Below are positions 44,030 to 54,344 of a DNA stretch of 64,000 nucleotides, piece after piece. The notes beneath the pieces were generated by a model. It did no database searches, was not told where the DNA came from, and saw only the letters and a list, made by a program, of their open reading frames with translations. This DNA comes from a virus, in the IMG/VR virus record IMGVR_UViG_3300045988_174937, one strand, 5' to 3'. Each line of letters opens with the position of its first letter. Position 1 is the first letter of the stretch. The position numbers and the translations under genes were made by a program.

Positions 44030-45799
44030 ATGCCTACTTTTATTGACATGTCGAACCTGACGAAGCGTTCGACCCTTACCGGAAACGAGGAGTTTCAGGT
44101 ATCTGCCACCGAAAAGGTGACGTCCCAGCAGATTGCTGACTTAGCAAGTAGTGGACTTAATGTTTATACTGTATCTGAAAGTGAATTTCAGAATCAAAAG
44201 ATAGATGCTTCACGTGTAGAGGAACTTAAAAAGTCTGAATTAGTATTATTTCCTAACGAGGGAAGCTATACACCTTATTTTAAGGTTTCAGTAGATGACA
44301 GTAAAGCATATTTTATAACAGGAAATATACCTATTAATTCACAAGGCCAACCTGGACTTAATAATGGAGAAGAGCCTCCTTTTGAGCAGATTCAAACTGT
44401 GATGGTTGAAGTTGACCTTACTACTTATGATATAACAATACAGCCTTATCCTGTTATAAGTAAGAGTTGGTTTAAGGGAGATGTCTCAGTTATAGAAATT
44501 ACAGACTTTGCCATTCCCTCAGTTAATATTACTAAGGATGGTCAGAGTTTCTTATTCTATGCCAATGATGCCAGCAACATCCCTAATAACAATCATGGAG
44601 CTGCTTCATTTGTAGGTGTAGCCATTGCAAGTTCTATCTTCATAACCGGAGACCAAAGATTGCTGTATTATATGATGGTAGATACAGCAAAGGCTATGTT
44701 TTATACAGGGTATGCAAATCTGGAAGATGATACTGTAACATGGAGTGATACTCCAGTTACTCGCTTAGGACAAGCCGTACAGGTTACTGCCTTTACTGAA
44801 GGCGCATTATCGGCATTGCTTTATAGCTACAAACCGGGTGATTTTATACCGTTTTACACGGGTAACGTTACTGCTTCTACGGCTAATCAATTCCCTGAGT
44901 CAGGCATTTTCAATGGCTTTATCTCCATGGGTAGCAACGAAGGAGATTATTTCCAAATCTTTGCTTTCAAGACAGGTTCTCCCAATGCTTACATTGGAGC
45001 TTGTATTGGTAGTACCACAAGGTGGACCCAGATAGGAGGGGGCTCAAGTAATCTTATTGTCGTAGCAGATGCAGAAAATGTAGGAGAGGTAGTAGCTGCA
45101 TACAAAGGATTTGAGGGTTCGAATAAATATGGAGTATCAGTACCTATCTACATAGAAGCCACGTCCAATATTTATGATGAACTACCAGCTATAATGGATC
45201 AGAGCTTTACAAAAGATGAATCTACTATATGCGGATATGCCCAATATGTCTACGACGGAGGAGATTATTATCACATAGGGTTAAGCCTGCTTATATATCC
45301 ATCAAGTGGAGATCGTCCCAAATATAGAGCGGAGCTTGTTGTAAACAACAGCGGGGAAGTAGTTAGCAGTAGTCTTACCCCTATTGGCAGTGCACATGCT
45401 CCCATCCCGGGATTCACTAAAATTACTTCCTTGGCTGGTCAAACTGACTACTCCCTCACAAAAGGATCTATGGGCGTTATTAACTTTAGCATTGAGGTAA
45501 ATGCGTTGACCACAATGTTTATAGAAGCAGAGGTCCGATCATCTGCTGCTATATCTGCTGATGTCAGATCTGTGTGTATCCCTGTCTCTTTCTTCAATCC
45601 TAAAGAAGGTGCCACACTCATGGATTTGAATACTCGTACTTTAGCTTCTGGAACCAATATTGCTCAAGTTAAGCTAAATGTTGCTTCTGTTGTCACAGGA
45701 GCTAATGGTGTACAGGGATTAAATTGTGTAGTTACTTCGAACAATCTTGCAAATCCCTCTGATATTCTAAGAATAAAGGCTGTATATGCCAATATCTAA
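44030..45799 (+). CDS. fibre / receptor-binding-type protein with compositionally foreign body
   Basis: 589 aa. The N-terminal MSNLTKRSTLTGNEEFQVSATEKVTSQQIADL is a fibre-anchor-like motif. G+C drops sharply from ~44140 to the stop. Confidence 0.5.
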   Translation: MPTFIDMSNLTKRSTLTGNEEFQVSATEKVTSQQIADLASSGLNVYTVSESEFQNQKIDASRVEELKKSELVLFPNEGSYTPYFKVSVDDSKAYFITGNIPINSQGQPGLNNGEEPPFEQIQTVMVEVDLTTYDITIQPYPVISKSWFKGDVSVIEITDFAIPSVNITKDGQSFLFYANDASNIPNNNHGAASFVGVAIASSIFITGDQRLLYYMMVDTAKAMFYTGYANLEDDTVTWSDTPVTRLGQAVQVTAFTEGALSALLYSYKPGDFIPFYTGNVTASTANQFPESGIFNGFISMGSNEGDYFQIFAFKTGSPNAYIGACIGSTTRWTQIGGGSSNLIVVADAENVGEVVAAYKGFEGSNKYGVSVPIYIEATSNIYDELPAIMDQSFTKDESTICGYAQYVYDGGDYYHIGLSLLIYPSSGDRPKYRAELVVNNSGEVVSSSLTPIGSAHAPIPGFTKITSLAGQTDYSLTKGSMGVINFSIEVNALTTMFIEAEVRSSAAISADVRSVCIPVSFFNPKEGATLMDLNTRTLASGTNIAQVKLNVASVVTGANGVQGLNCVVTSNNLANPSDILRIKAVYANI

Positions 45800-45800
45800 G

Positions 45801-45826
45801 AAAATCCCCCAGTTACGGGGATTTTG
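45801..45826 (+). terminator. rho-independent terminator
   Basis: Stem AAAATCCCC/GGGGATTTT, ending in TTTTG. Confidence 0.75.
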
Positions 45827-45906
45827 TTAATGGGGCGCGTTTGGGCCCACGTCAACACGATTCGCCATTACAAATATAACGCTGATAACAGTACACTATC
45901 GTAAAC

Positions 45907-47466
45907 ATGTTTAAGGACGATAAATTCAATTTCTGGTGTCCCATCGGACGCATCGAGAAGGCCACCGACGAAGCGGGAGAACCCGTTATGCGTATCGGCG
46001 GTATTGCCTCTACTATGGATAAGGACGCCGACGGAGAGTATTTGGACCCCTCGGGGTTTGACGTCGAGCCGCTGAAGAACTCCGGAATGGTCAACTGGCA
46101 CCACCAGGCCAAGAACTCTCCAGCCGCTATCATTGGCGAACCGTCGAAAGTAGAACTGCGACCCGAGGGTCTTTGGATAGAAAGCGACCTTTACGCTTCG
46201 TCCCCTATGGCCAACGAGGTCTATGAATTGGCCAAAACCCTCGAAGAGGACAGTAAGACGCGCCGCCTGGGGTATTCCATCGAGGGAAAGGTTCTGAAGC
46301 GTGGTTCTAACGACAAGAAATCGCCTCTTTACAACAAAATCGTCAAGGCTGTTATTACGGGTGTCGCCGTAACACACATGCCCAAAAACCCGCATACGTT
46401 CGTTAACATCATCAAAGGTCAGGTGGACGCTGACGGTATTGAGGTTGAATTGGAGGAAGAGGACGATAACACCGAAGAGCGTGGTGGTAAAACCGAGAAA
46501 AAGGCTCTGACTACAGAGTCTGGTGCGGCGTTGGTTCCGGAGTCAGTTGATGGCCAGCCGAAGAAAACGTTTTCCAAATCTTCCGTCATGGAAGCTATCT
46601 TCCGCGATATTCCAAATATTACAATACCGAATGCGCACGAAGTGTATACACTAATCAAAAATATATCGGTTATGAACAAACGCAAATCCATCACTTCCGA
46701 GGACATCGAGAAGGCATACGATGCTCTGGGGCTCACGCCCGAGGGTAAGGCTTCCGGTGCTGAAGACGTGCAGAAAGGTGACGACGCCGACGGTCAGATG
46801 GGTAAGGAAGACGAAACCCATGACGACGAACCGCGTCACAATGCCGCCAACATGCGTAACGCTAAGGCTGGCGAGAAGGAGGAATCCGAAGAGGAGACCG
46901 AGGACGATGACGAGGGCTTCGAGCAGTGCGACAAGAACGGCGCCAAGATGAAAAAGGGTGGCAAGATGAAGAAAGGCGGCGATGTCGACCTCCTGAAAGC
47001 CATTCAGGACGTTGGTAACGATTTCAAGTCGTACATCAAAGCCACGGCCGTCTTGGTGAACGATCTTCGCCAGAAACGCGCTGAGGACGCTAAGCGTATC
47101 GCCGAACTGGAGAACATCATCAAGGGCCAGACCGATGTCATCGAGGGCTTCGCTACCAAACTGGAACGCTACGGCAGCGAGGTGCCGCGTCCGAAGTCGC
47201 TGCGCTCGGCTACGGTTATCGACCGTGCGTTTGCTAAGGGCGCCGGCAAGGGTGACATCGAAAAGGGCGGCGATACCGCTCGCATCTCGCTCCGCGAGAA
47301 CCCCCGCGCCGTTGCTTCGTTGCTCGACCAGGCGTCGTTCGCTAAGGGCTACGACAAGGAGTACGGCGATGCACTTTTGGCGTTTGAGGCACGTCCCGGT
47401 GACGGTCTCCCCAAGAACATCATCGCTCGTCTCAAGGCCGAGACCGGGTACGAGGTAGTAGAGTAA
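45907..47466 (+). CDS. prohead protease (HK97/S78-like N-terminal domain) fused to scaffold-like acidic coiled-coil region
   Basis: The N-terminal MRIGGIASTMDKDADGEYLDPSGF...VNWHHQ...IIGEP resembles S78 proteases. The C-terminal half is Glu/Lys-rich. Confidence 0.6.
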   Translation: MFKDDKFNFWCPIGRIEKATDEAGEPVMRIGGIASTMDKDADGEYLDPSGFDVEPLKNSGMVNWHHQAKNSPAAIIGEPSKVELRPEGLWIESDLYASSPMANEVYELAKTLEEDSKTRRLGYSIEGKVLKRGSNDKKSPLYNKIVKAVITGVAVTHMPKNPHTFVNIIKGQVDADGIEVELEEEDDNTEERGGKTEKKALTTESGAALVPESVDGQPKKTFSKSSVMEAIFRDIPNITIPNAHEVYTLIKNISVMNKRKSITSEDIEKAYDALGLTPEGKASGAEDVQKGDDADGQMGKEDETHDDEPRHNAANMRNAKAGEKEESEEETEDDDEGFEQCDKNGAKMKKGGKMKKGGDVDLLKAIQDVGNDFKSYIKATAVLVNDLRQKRAEDAKRIAELENIIKGQTDVIEGFATKLERYGSEVPRPKSLRSATVIDRAFAKGAGKGDIEKGGDTARISLRENPRAVASLLDQASFAKGYDKEYGDALLAFEARPGDGLPKNIIARLKAETGYEVVE

Positions 47467-47506
47467 ACACCCAAACAATTTTCCATAACATAATCAATTC
47501 CAAACC

Positions 47507-48994
47507 ATGGACAGACTTTCTATCAATCTCGCCGACTATGGCATCCAAGCGCGTGGTGCTCAGTACGGCTCGTCCAGCCAGGAAGAGGTCGCTATGCTGA
47601 ACAAAGCCCTCGAAGCAACCGACATCACGGGTCGTCAGACGACGAACCTTACCGATGCCTCGGGTGCTCCGCTGAAGGTGGAGTCGCTGGAGCGTACTCT
47701 GAAACACCTGACGTTCCGCGAGAGCGACATCGTTCTCTGGAAGAACCTGCCGAAAAAGGCCGCCTACAACACCGTTGAGGAGTACAACCAGCTGGCATCG
47801 TATGGTGCTGACCGCGGTGGCTTCACCAACGAGGGCGAACTCCCCGACGAGGAGGACTCGATCTACATCCGCCGGGCTCAGCTGGTGAAATACCTCGGCG
47901 TCACCAAGTCGGTTACGCACCAGATGACCCTCGTCAACACGATGGTGGGCAACATCATGGAGCGCACCATCAAGGACGGTACGCTGTGGATTCTCCGCAA
48001 GCTGAACAAGTCGCTGTATTTCGGCAACTCGGACATCATCCCGCAGGAGTTCAACGGTCTTCTGGCTCAGCAGTTGCAGTCGGACGCATGGAGTGGCCTC
48101 GACGCCTACCTCAACTCCGAAAACGTTATCGACCTGCGCGGTCGTGGCCTGACCGAGGACCCCATCGAGACCGCCGCCAACTCGATTGTCGAGAACTACG
48201 GCCTCGGCACGGAGCTGTACGCTCCCCCTGCCGTGCTGTCGGACTTCGTCAAAACGTTCTACGGCAACAAGTTCATCCAGCCCAACACCGCCCAGACCAG
48301 CGCCGGTATCATGGGTCAGCGCGTTCAGGCGTTCGACTCGCAGTTCGGCCGCATCGGCCTCAACTACGACGTCTTCTTCAAGAAGGCACCGTTCAAGATG
48401 GCTGGCGCTCAGTCCACGCATCCCAAGTCGCCCGCCGCTCCCGTATGGGACCCTGCTGCTGCGGCTACGGTTGTGGCTGACACGACGACCTCGAAATTCA
48501 ACTCGGAGGATGCCGGCAACTACGTTTACGCCATCGCGGCTATCAACCGCCACGGCGAGTCGTCGCTGGTAGTCAACGAGACCCCGGTTGCCGTAACGGC
48601 AGGCTCGGCCGTCGACCTCAAGTTCTCGATTACCGACAACGCTCACCCGGCTACGGGCTATCGCATTTACCGCACGAAGAAAGGCGGTACCAAGGACAGC
48701 AAGTTCTACCCGATTTTCGACATCTCGGTGGCTGAGCTGAAACTTGGCTATGCAGGCGCTGCCGGCGACCTGTGCCGTGACAACAACTATTTCCTGCCCG
48801 ACTGCGACCAGGCGTTCCTGGTACAGTTCGACAACGAGGTCATCGAGTTCGCTCAGCTGGCCCCGCTGATGAAGATGGACCTGGCGATTCTGTCGCCCGC
48901 GTACCGCTTCATGGTGCTGCTGTACGGTACGCCGTTCCTGTACGCTCCGAAGAAGATGGTTCGCCTCATCAACATCGGCCGCGCTTCCAACTAA
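47507..48994 (+). CDS. major capsid protein
   Basis: 495 aa. It lies directly after the protease-scaffold gene and is followed by a strong terminator. The call rests on position and size. Confidence 0.6.
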   Translation: MDRLSINLADYGIQARGAQYGSSSQEEVAMLNKALEATDITGRQTTNLTDASGAPLKVESLERTLKHLTFRESDIVLWKNLPKKAAYNTVEEYNQLASYGADRGGFTNEGELPDEEDSIYIRRAQLVKYLGVTKSVTHQMTLVNTMVGNIMERTIKDGTLWILRKLNKSLYFGNSDIIPQEFNGLLAQQLQSDAWSGLDAYLNSENVIDLRGRGLTEDPIETAANSIVENYGLGTELYAPPAVLSDFVKTFYGNKFIQPNTAQTSAGIMGQRVQAFDSQFGRIGLNYDVFFKKAPFKMAGAQSTHPKSPAAPVWDPAAAATVVADTTTSKFNSEDAGNYVYAIAAINRHGESSLVVNETPVAVTAGSAVDLKFSITDNAHPATGYRIYRTKKGGTKDSKFYPIFDISVAELKLGYAGAAGDLCRDNNYFLPDCDQAFLVQFDNEVIEFAQLAPLMKMDLAILSPAYRFMVLLYGTPFLYAPKKMVRLINIGRASN

Positions 48995-49025
48995 CGCAAC
49001 AATCGTTCAACCGAGAAACAGGGGT

Positions 49026-49059
49026 GGGGGTAGCCCCGCTCCTGTTTTTCATTAAATCG
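49026..49059 (+). terminator. rho-independent terminator
   Basis: GC-rich hairpin AAACAGGGG...CCCCGCTCCTGTTT, followed by a T-run. Confidence 0.7.
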
Positions 49060-49065
49060 TAAACC

Positions 49066-49440
49066 ATGAAACTGAAAACCAGTAATGCGTCCCTGTATGG
49101 TTCGCGCCTTACCGTTCCTGTTGACGGTACTATTCAAATCGACCGCAACGGCGAAATCAACGTATCCGAAGTCTGTGCTCGTCATCTGCTGACGCTCCCC
49201 GAGTGGCTGGCCGTTGGTGAGGGCGTAAAGGAAGACGCCGCTCCGGCCGCTGAAACCGCCGAGGACCAGGACAAGGCAATCATCGACCAGATTCGTGCCA
49301 TGTCGCTCGAAGAGATGCTCGAGACCGCCGCCGAGGCTGAATACCCCGAGGACGAGTACAAGAAATTCAAGAAGAACTCCAAATTGATGGCAGCCTATCT
49401 GGTAAAGAAATACAAGGCCGCTGTCGCCGTCGAGGAGTAG
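49066..49440 (+). CDS. hypothetical acidic protein (head-associated by position)
   Basis: 124 aa, ATG start. Confidence 0.45.
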   Translation: MKLKTSNASLYGSRLTVPVDGTIQIDRNGEINVSEVCARHLLTLPEWLAVGEGVKEDAAPAAETAEDQDKAIIDQIRAMSLEEMLETAAEAEYPEDEYKKFKKNSKLMAAYLVKKYKAAVAVEE

Positions 49441-49480
49441 TTTCCTCGTCTTACCGTTACGACTCGCAAAACAGACCAAA

Positions 49481-50275
49481 ATGACTCTTCAATTAGACAT
49501 CCTCTACAACAAGAACGAGGGCCTCGTGATAAGTCCTTCGGAGTTGACCGAAAACTACCTTTTCGGCATTCCGATGTGTTCGCCCGACGGCCAGCGGGTT
49601 TCGGAGTCTTCCATCAAGACCCAGATCAAGGTAGCCCAGGCCCGCGTTGAACACCTCCTTTCTATCAAACTCAAGAAGCAGGTCATTGAGGAGAGCCGCG
49701 ACTACATTCGCGAAGAGTGGAACAACTGGGGTTTCGTTCGTGCGATGTACCCCGTGGTCTGTATTCATTCGTTGTGCGGTTTCATCAATTCTGTAATGCA
49801 GACCCGCTACCCCTCGGAGTGGTTATCTATCAAGAAGATTGCTTCGGTAGCCGTGTATCGTAACATTTCGCTGATTCCCAACTCAGGCAGCGGAAAGGGC
49901 GCCATCATGACGCAGAATTCGTACGTTTACAACGGTATCGCTCCTAACTTAGGGTGGTTTGGTCAAAAGTACATCCCGAACTACTGGCGACTGAAATACG
50001 TCACCGGATGGGACGAAATACCCGCCGACCTGCTGGACTTTATATCTAAGTTGGCGTCGTTGAACGTTCTGGCGGTTCTGGGTGATGTACTATACGGCGT
50101 GGGCATGTCGTCAGTGAGTATTTCACTTGACGGGGTGTCGCAGAACACGCCGTTGACACGTTCGGCGCAGGGCGGCCTTTTCGGCGGCCGCATCAAACAA
50201 TACCTCGACGAACTGAACCAACAGTTGCCGAATTTGAAGAACCAGTACCGCGGTATAGCTTTTGAAGTCTTATAA
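49481..50275 (+). CDS. neck/head-completion region protein, unassigned
   Basis: 264 aa. It lies between the capsid and sheath genes. Confidence 0.45.
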   Translation: MTLQLDILYNKNEGLVISPSELTENYLFGIPMCSPDGQRVSESSIKTQIKVAQARVEHLLSIKLKKQVIEESRDYIREEWNNWGFVRAMYPVVCIHSLCGFINSVMQTRYPSEWLSIKKIASVAVYRNISLIPNSGSGKGAIMTQNSYVYNGIAPNLGWFGQKYIPNYWRLKYVTGWDEIPADLLDFISKLASLNVLAVLGDVLYGVGMSSVSISLDGVSQNTPLTRSAQGGLFGGRIKQYLDELNQQLPNLKNQYRGIAFEVL

Positions 50276-51108
50276 TGGCCAAGAAACAACCCATATTGAG
50301 TGTCTCGCTCGTCGATACCCCACCCGTGAGCCTGACCCCCGCACAACCGGGGCGTCCGGCCGTGGGATGGGATGTCGGGCGTTTTGAACGCCTTATTTAC
50401 GACCAGGGGTATGACGCCTACATCGACCGCGCTATGCGTTGCCCGTGCGTCGATAAGACCAGCGGCCAGGCGTCGTCCACGTGTCAAAATTGCTACGGGC
50501 GTGGATGGTTCTTCGTCAATCGCCGCGAGACGCGCCTCATCGCCCAGACCATGGGCAACCGCCGTAAGTACGAAGAGTGGAGTGAACTCAACATCGGTAC
50601 GGCGGCTATCACCGCTCGCGCCGTGGACCGTATGGGATTCATGGACCGCGTGGTGTTGCTGGATTTGGAGGGCTATTTCTCTGAGATATTGCGGCCTACT
50701 ATTTACCGTAACGAACTGTTCGCCTATCCGGTGTATGAACCACTGGAGGTAACGGACATCTTCCTCCACGTGGCCGACGGTGAACCGTTGCGGCCGCTTA
50801 CCACAGCTGAGTTCCGTTTGGATAAGAACAGGGTCGTTTTCAGCAAGGATTTAATCGGCATGGTAGAAAGTAACGACCCGAACGCTAAAGTCGGTAATTT
50901 GACCATTTCTATTCGTTACAAGCACTATCCTGTATATCACATAATCGACGTTGACCGCGAACTCATGCAGGTACGCGAGGGAAAACCTTGCGCCACGCGG
51001 CGTGAAGCGTTGACGGCGATGCCTGTAAAGGTAGTTGGCCGCAAGGCCGAGTATGTGTTCCCGCCCATGCGCTACGGTGATGTTCCGTACGATAACACCG
51101 TGAAATAA
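50275..51108 (+). CDS. neck region protein, unassigned (contains CPC...CQNC Cys pairs)
   Basis: 277 aa, TAATG coupling. Confidence 0.45.
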   Translation: MAKKQPILSVSLVDTPPVSLTPAQPGRPAVGWDVGRFERLIYDQGYDAYIDRAMRCPCVDKTSGQASSTCQNCYGRGWFFVNRRETRLIAQTMGNRRKYEEWSELNIGTAAITARAVDRMGFMDRVVLLDLEGYFSEILRPTIYRNELFAYPVYEPLEVTDIFLHVADGEPLRPLTTAEFRLDKNRVVFSKDLIGMVESNDPNAKVGNLTISIRYKHYPVYHIIDVDRELMQVREGKPCATRREALTAMPVKVVGRKAEYVFPPMRYGDVPYDNTVK

Positions 51109-51911
51109 TGGCACGGCCAATCAACATAGACGTTAGTGGTTTAGGCGCTCAGTTTGGTCTCACACAGGCCCAGATAGACGACCTAACCGAACTCTGTGTT
51201 CAAGCCGTAACGGCTGCTGTGTACGCTAACTGGCAAGCACTGGCCAAGCAGGGGCTGAATTCCACGCGCCCCGAGTACCTCCAAAATCTTAACATTATCG
51301 ACCGCGGCCGTTTCGCCAAGTCGATTGTCCTGACAGGGGAATTACCTGTGATGCTGGAGGCCGGGGCAACCCCTTTCGACCAGAAGGAGTATTTCCAGCG
51401 GTCATCGCGAGTCCGTCACACTGTACCCGTACTGCGTAAGGACGGCACGGTACTACGTCCTGGCGGCGATTGGTACTTGACCGTTCCGTTCCGTCACGGT
51501 ACGCCAGGCACGGTGGGTCAGGCAGGATTTTCTGACGAAATGCCTAAAGAGGTTTACGACGTGGTCCGCACGTTCGTAACCGGGCAGCGGCTACGCGCCT
51601 CACAGATTCCTACGCCGTACAACATCCCGACGGAGCGTCGGGCCATAGCCGCAACAGACCGTTCGCCTGCCTATGCGGCTTATTTGCGTAAGCACTCCAT
51701 CTACGAGGGCATCACCAAGCAGACAGGCGTTTACGCACGTACGACCCAGAATATGTATGTTTCGTTCCGACGCGCTTCGAAGAACAGCGACCCGCTCAGC
51801 TGGATATTCCCGGGGCTGACGGCAAGGCGGTTCTCCGACAAGGCCATCGACCAAACAGACATCGAAACCATAGTACACAACGAATCGGTAAACTTTTTGG
51901 AGAACTTATGA
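51108..51911 (+). CDS. neck/tail-joining region protein, unassigned
   Basis: 267 aa, TAATG coupling. Confidence 0.45.
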   Translation: MARPINIDVSGLGAQFGLTQAQIDDLTELCVQAVTAAVYANWQALAKQGLNSTRPEYLQNLNIIDRGRFAKSIVLTGELPVMLEAGATPFDQKEYFQRSSRVRHTVPVLRKDGTVLRPGGDWYLTVPFRHGTPGTVGQAGFSDEMPKEVYDVVRTFVTGQRLRASQIPTPYNIPTERRAIAATDRSPAYAAYLRKHSIYEGITKQTGVYARTTQNMYVSFRRASKNSDPLSWIFPGLTARRFSDKAIDQTDIETIVHNESVNFLENL

Positions 51912-52612
51912 AAGTAGATGCACTGATACTCCCCGAGGTGATTATCGCCCGCGTATTGACAGCCATCGTGAAGATGATACGCGACGATATCGCGTTAGCC
52001 ACGCCGCAAGAAGTCCGGAACACTATCCTCTTCCAGCTGCTTGGCGAGAACGAAGACGGCCACCCCATCCACATGAACGCCTACAACTATTTCCGTCAGG
52101 CGGTCAAGATATTCTCTAATCCGGCGAATTTAGAGGTCCACCTGGGATACAACGCCCAGGTCACGACCGCCCTGGCCGTTCACATCATTTTGCCTGGCGA
52201 ACAAGCCGCTAACGCCCCTCTGGGTGAAGGGCAGGAGTGGGATGCTGAGGCCGACCAGTTCATGTACACGCAGTGGATGGATGCGCAGTATCAAATTCTC
52301 ATCACGTCGGATAACGCCTCCGAGGCCATGATAGCCTACAACGTACTCAAAGCCATGCTGCTGATGTACGCCCCGAATCTCGACTTGGTAGGTTTACGCA
52401 TCCCGCGAGTATCGGGTGGCGATATTATCCTTCAACAGGACATAATTCCGCCAACGGTATTCCACAAAGCCCTCACGCTGGCGTTCAAATACGAGGTCAC
52501 TGTTCCAACAAGATTGCGCTCCCAAGTCGTAAAGGCCATCAGCTACAATTATAACATTTGCGACCCGTTTAGCGGTGAAGTGATAATCCCGGGCGACGGT
52601 AAAACCGAATAA
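51908..52612 (+). CDS. tail terminator/sheath-proximal protein, unassigned
   Basis: 234 aa, ATGA coupling. It is the last gene before the sheath. Confidence 0.4.
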   Translation: MKVDALILPEVIIARVLTAIVKMIRDDIALATPQEVRNTILFQLLGENEDGHPIHMNAYNYFRQAVKIFSNPANLEVHLGYNAQVTTALAVHIILPGEQAANAPLGEGQEWDAEADQFMYTQWMDAQYQILITSDNASEAMIAYNVLKAMLLMYAPNLDLVGLRIPRVSGGDIILQQDIIPPTVFHKALTLAFKYEVTVPTRLRSQVVKAISYNYNICDPFSGEVIIPGDGKTE

Positions 52613-52639
52613 AACCAAACTTTCTAAACATATAACATT

Positions 52640-54325
52640 ATGAGTACTGTGGTAACGATGAATGGCAAAACCTACGTTGAGCCGGGTTCGTACGCAATCA
52701 CTGTCTACCAGCCTACTTCGGTAGTCAACGTGGCCTCGTTTGGCCGCGTCATGATTATCGACACGGGCCTCTCTCAGGAGAAGGCAGGCGACGCGACGTA
52801 CGAGTTCGCTGGCGGCGCGGGTATTGCCGGCGTTGACGCTTCCGGGCGCAAGGCCATTTACGCTTTCGAGAATTTCGAAGACTTCTCAGACTTCATGGGC
52901 GGCGGCATGATTACCGACCTGGCGCAGAAACTGTTTACGCCGATTGACGGTTCGCTGGGTACGCCGCGCCTGTACTACACCCGTGCGGCCGCTACCGTTC
53001 CGGCGAAACTTACCATCGGCAGCGGTAACAACAGCATCGTCCTTACGTGCTTGAATGAGGGTGTTGTGGGTAACGGTATCGCCGAGGGTGATATGAGCGA
53101 ACTGTCGAACGGTACGCTGGAGAACCTGAAGGTCGGCTATGCCCTGGCCATTAAGGCGGGTGTTGATGATACGTCGAAGTTTATCGCTACGATTTATCGC
53201 GGTAACTACCGCGGTACGGACGCCGCAGGCGAACCTTACGGCACCTACACGCTGGCGCAGGCTTATGGCGAGATGGTGGCCCAGTCGGGTGAGATTGGCA
53301 CCTACGACGAACTCTACAACTGGCTCATCACTTCGTCGATGGTTATGGCCAATTTCCGTCCTGCTAAGGGTTCGGCGTTTGTAGGTACTACGGCTATTGA
53401 GGCCATGGAACCGACGGCGTTTGCTGGTGGAACGACCTCTTATCAGGGCTCTAAGGGCGAGAACGAGTACTACCCCGACGTGTTGGAGGCTATCCGCGAA
53501 CTGGAGGTTACGTTCTTCCTGTGTACGGACTACGGCGTGGTGAACGGAACCAAGGCTTCTTCGAATGGTAAACTGTTTACGTTCCTGAAGAACGACGCCA
53601 AGTTCGACGAGTTTATGTTCGTGGCTGGTGGCGAGGGTAAGACCGACCTGCTCACTACCAATACCGTTACGCAGACTTCGCAGGCGCTGGCCGTTCACTA
53701 CAACGACGAAAAGGTAATAATCGTCCACGGTTCGCCGACGGTGGCTCGCAAGGACGGCAACGGAACCAAGAACCTGCCGTCGATTTACCTGGCTGCCGCT
53801 ATCATGGGCCTGAATGCCGGTATGGCCGCTCAGACGCCCGTTACGTTCAAGCGTGTAGGATACGACGCCTACGCCTACGACCTTACGTTTAGCGAGCGTG
53901 TTAAGGCTCTTCAGGCTGGTATTATGCACGTCCGCGAGGTTTCAGGTTACTACCGCGTCAACCAGGGTATCACGTCGCTTCAAAACAACAAGCAAACCAT
54001 CGCCGAAGACGGCCAAACGTTCGAGTTGTCGATTGCCCTCATCAAGGCTCAACTCAACAAGGAGCTGATTCTCGACGCCCAGACGCGCTTTACCGGCAAC
54101 ACGGCTGCCCAGGCTTCGCCTAACACCGTGAAGGACTTCACTGAAACCAAACTGACGTCGCTCGTGGCTAAGGTTGGTGACGACAACCTGATTATCTCGT
54201 GGAAGAACGTGAAAGTTTCGGCCAAGAACGGCGACTACAAGGTCACGTATGACTTTGTCCCGAACGTTCCGGTTAACAAGACGTTCTTCGTCGGGAACAT
54301 GCTCGACTATGTGTTTAACTCGTAA
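52640..54325 (+). CDS. tail sheath protein
   Basis: 561 aa. It lies immediately upstream of a 166-aa tube-like gene, a chaperone pair and the tape measure. Confidence 0.6.
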   Translation: MSTVVTMNGKTYVEPGSYAITVYQPTSVVNVASFGRVMIIDTGLSQEKAGDATYEFAGGAGIAGVDASGRKAIYAFENFEDFSDFMGGGMITDLAQKLFTPIDGSLGTPRLYYTRAAATVPAKLTIGSGNNSIVLTCLNEGVVGNGIAEGDMSELSNGTLENLKVGYALAIKAGVDDTSKFIATIYRGNYRGTDAAGEPYGTYTLAQAYGEMVAQSGEIGTYDELYNWLITSSMVMANFRPAKGSAFVGTTAIEAMEPTAFAGGTTSYQGSKGENEYYPDVLEAIRELEVTFFLCTDYGVVNGTKASSNGKLFTFLKNDAKFDEFMFVAGGEGKTDLLTTNTVTQTSQALAVHYNDEKVIIVHGSPTVARKDGNGTKNLPSIYLAAAIMGLNAGMAAQTPVTFKRVGYDAYAYDLTFSERVKALQAGIMHVREVSGYYRVNQGITSLQNNKQTIAEDGQTFELSIALIKAQLNKELILDAQTRFTGNTAAQASPNTVKDFTETKLTSLVAKVGDDNLIISWKNVKVSAKNGDYKVTYDFVPNVPVNKTFFVGNMLDYVFNS

Positions 54326-54344
54326 TTAAAGAAAGGAGCGATAT

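Noticed and set aside
47432-48646. 404-aa ORF on the - strand
   Set aside because: It is antisense to the major capsid gene. It is Arg/Val/Leu/Gly-rich, as expected from the reverse complement of a GC3-rich gene. It would break an otherwise uniform + strand late operon.
52886-53929. 347-aa ORF on the - strand (similar cases: 38847-39755, 40040-40789, 42291-43295, 46651-47478, 49981-50769, 10624-11175)
   Set aside because: All are embedded antisense in long + strand genes that have recognisable motifs or positions. None has independent signals. They are treated as shadow ORFs.
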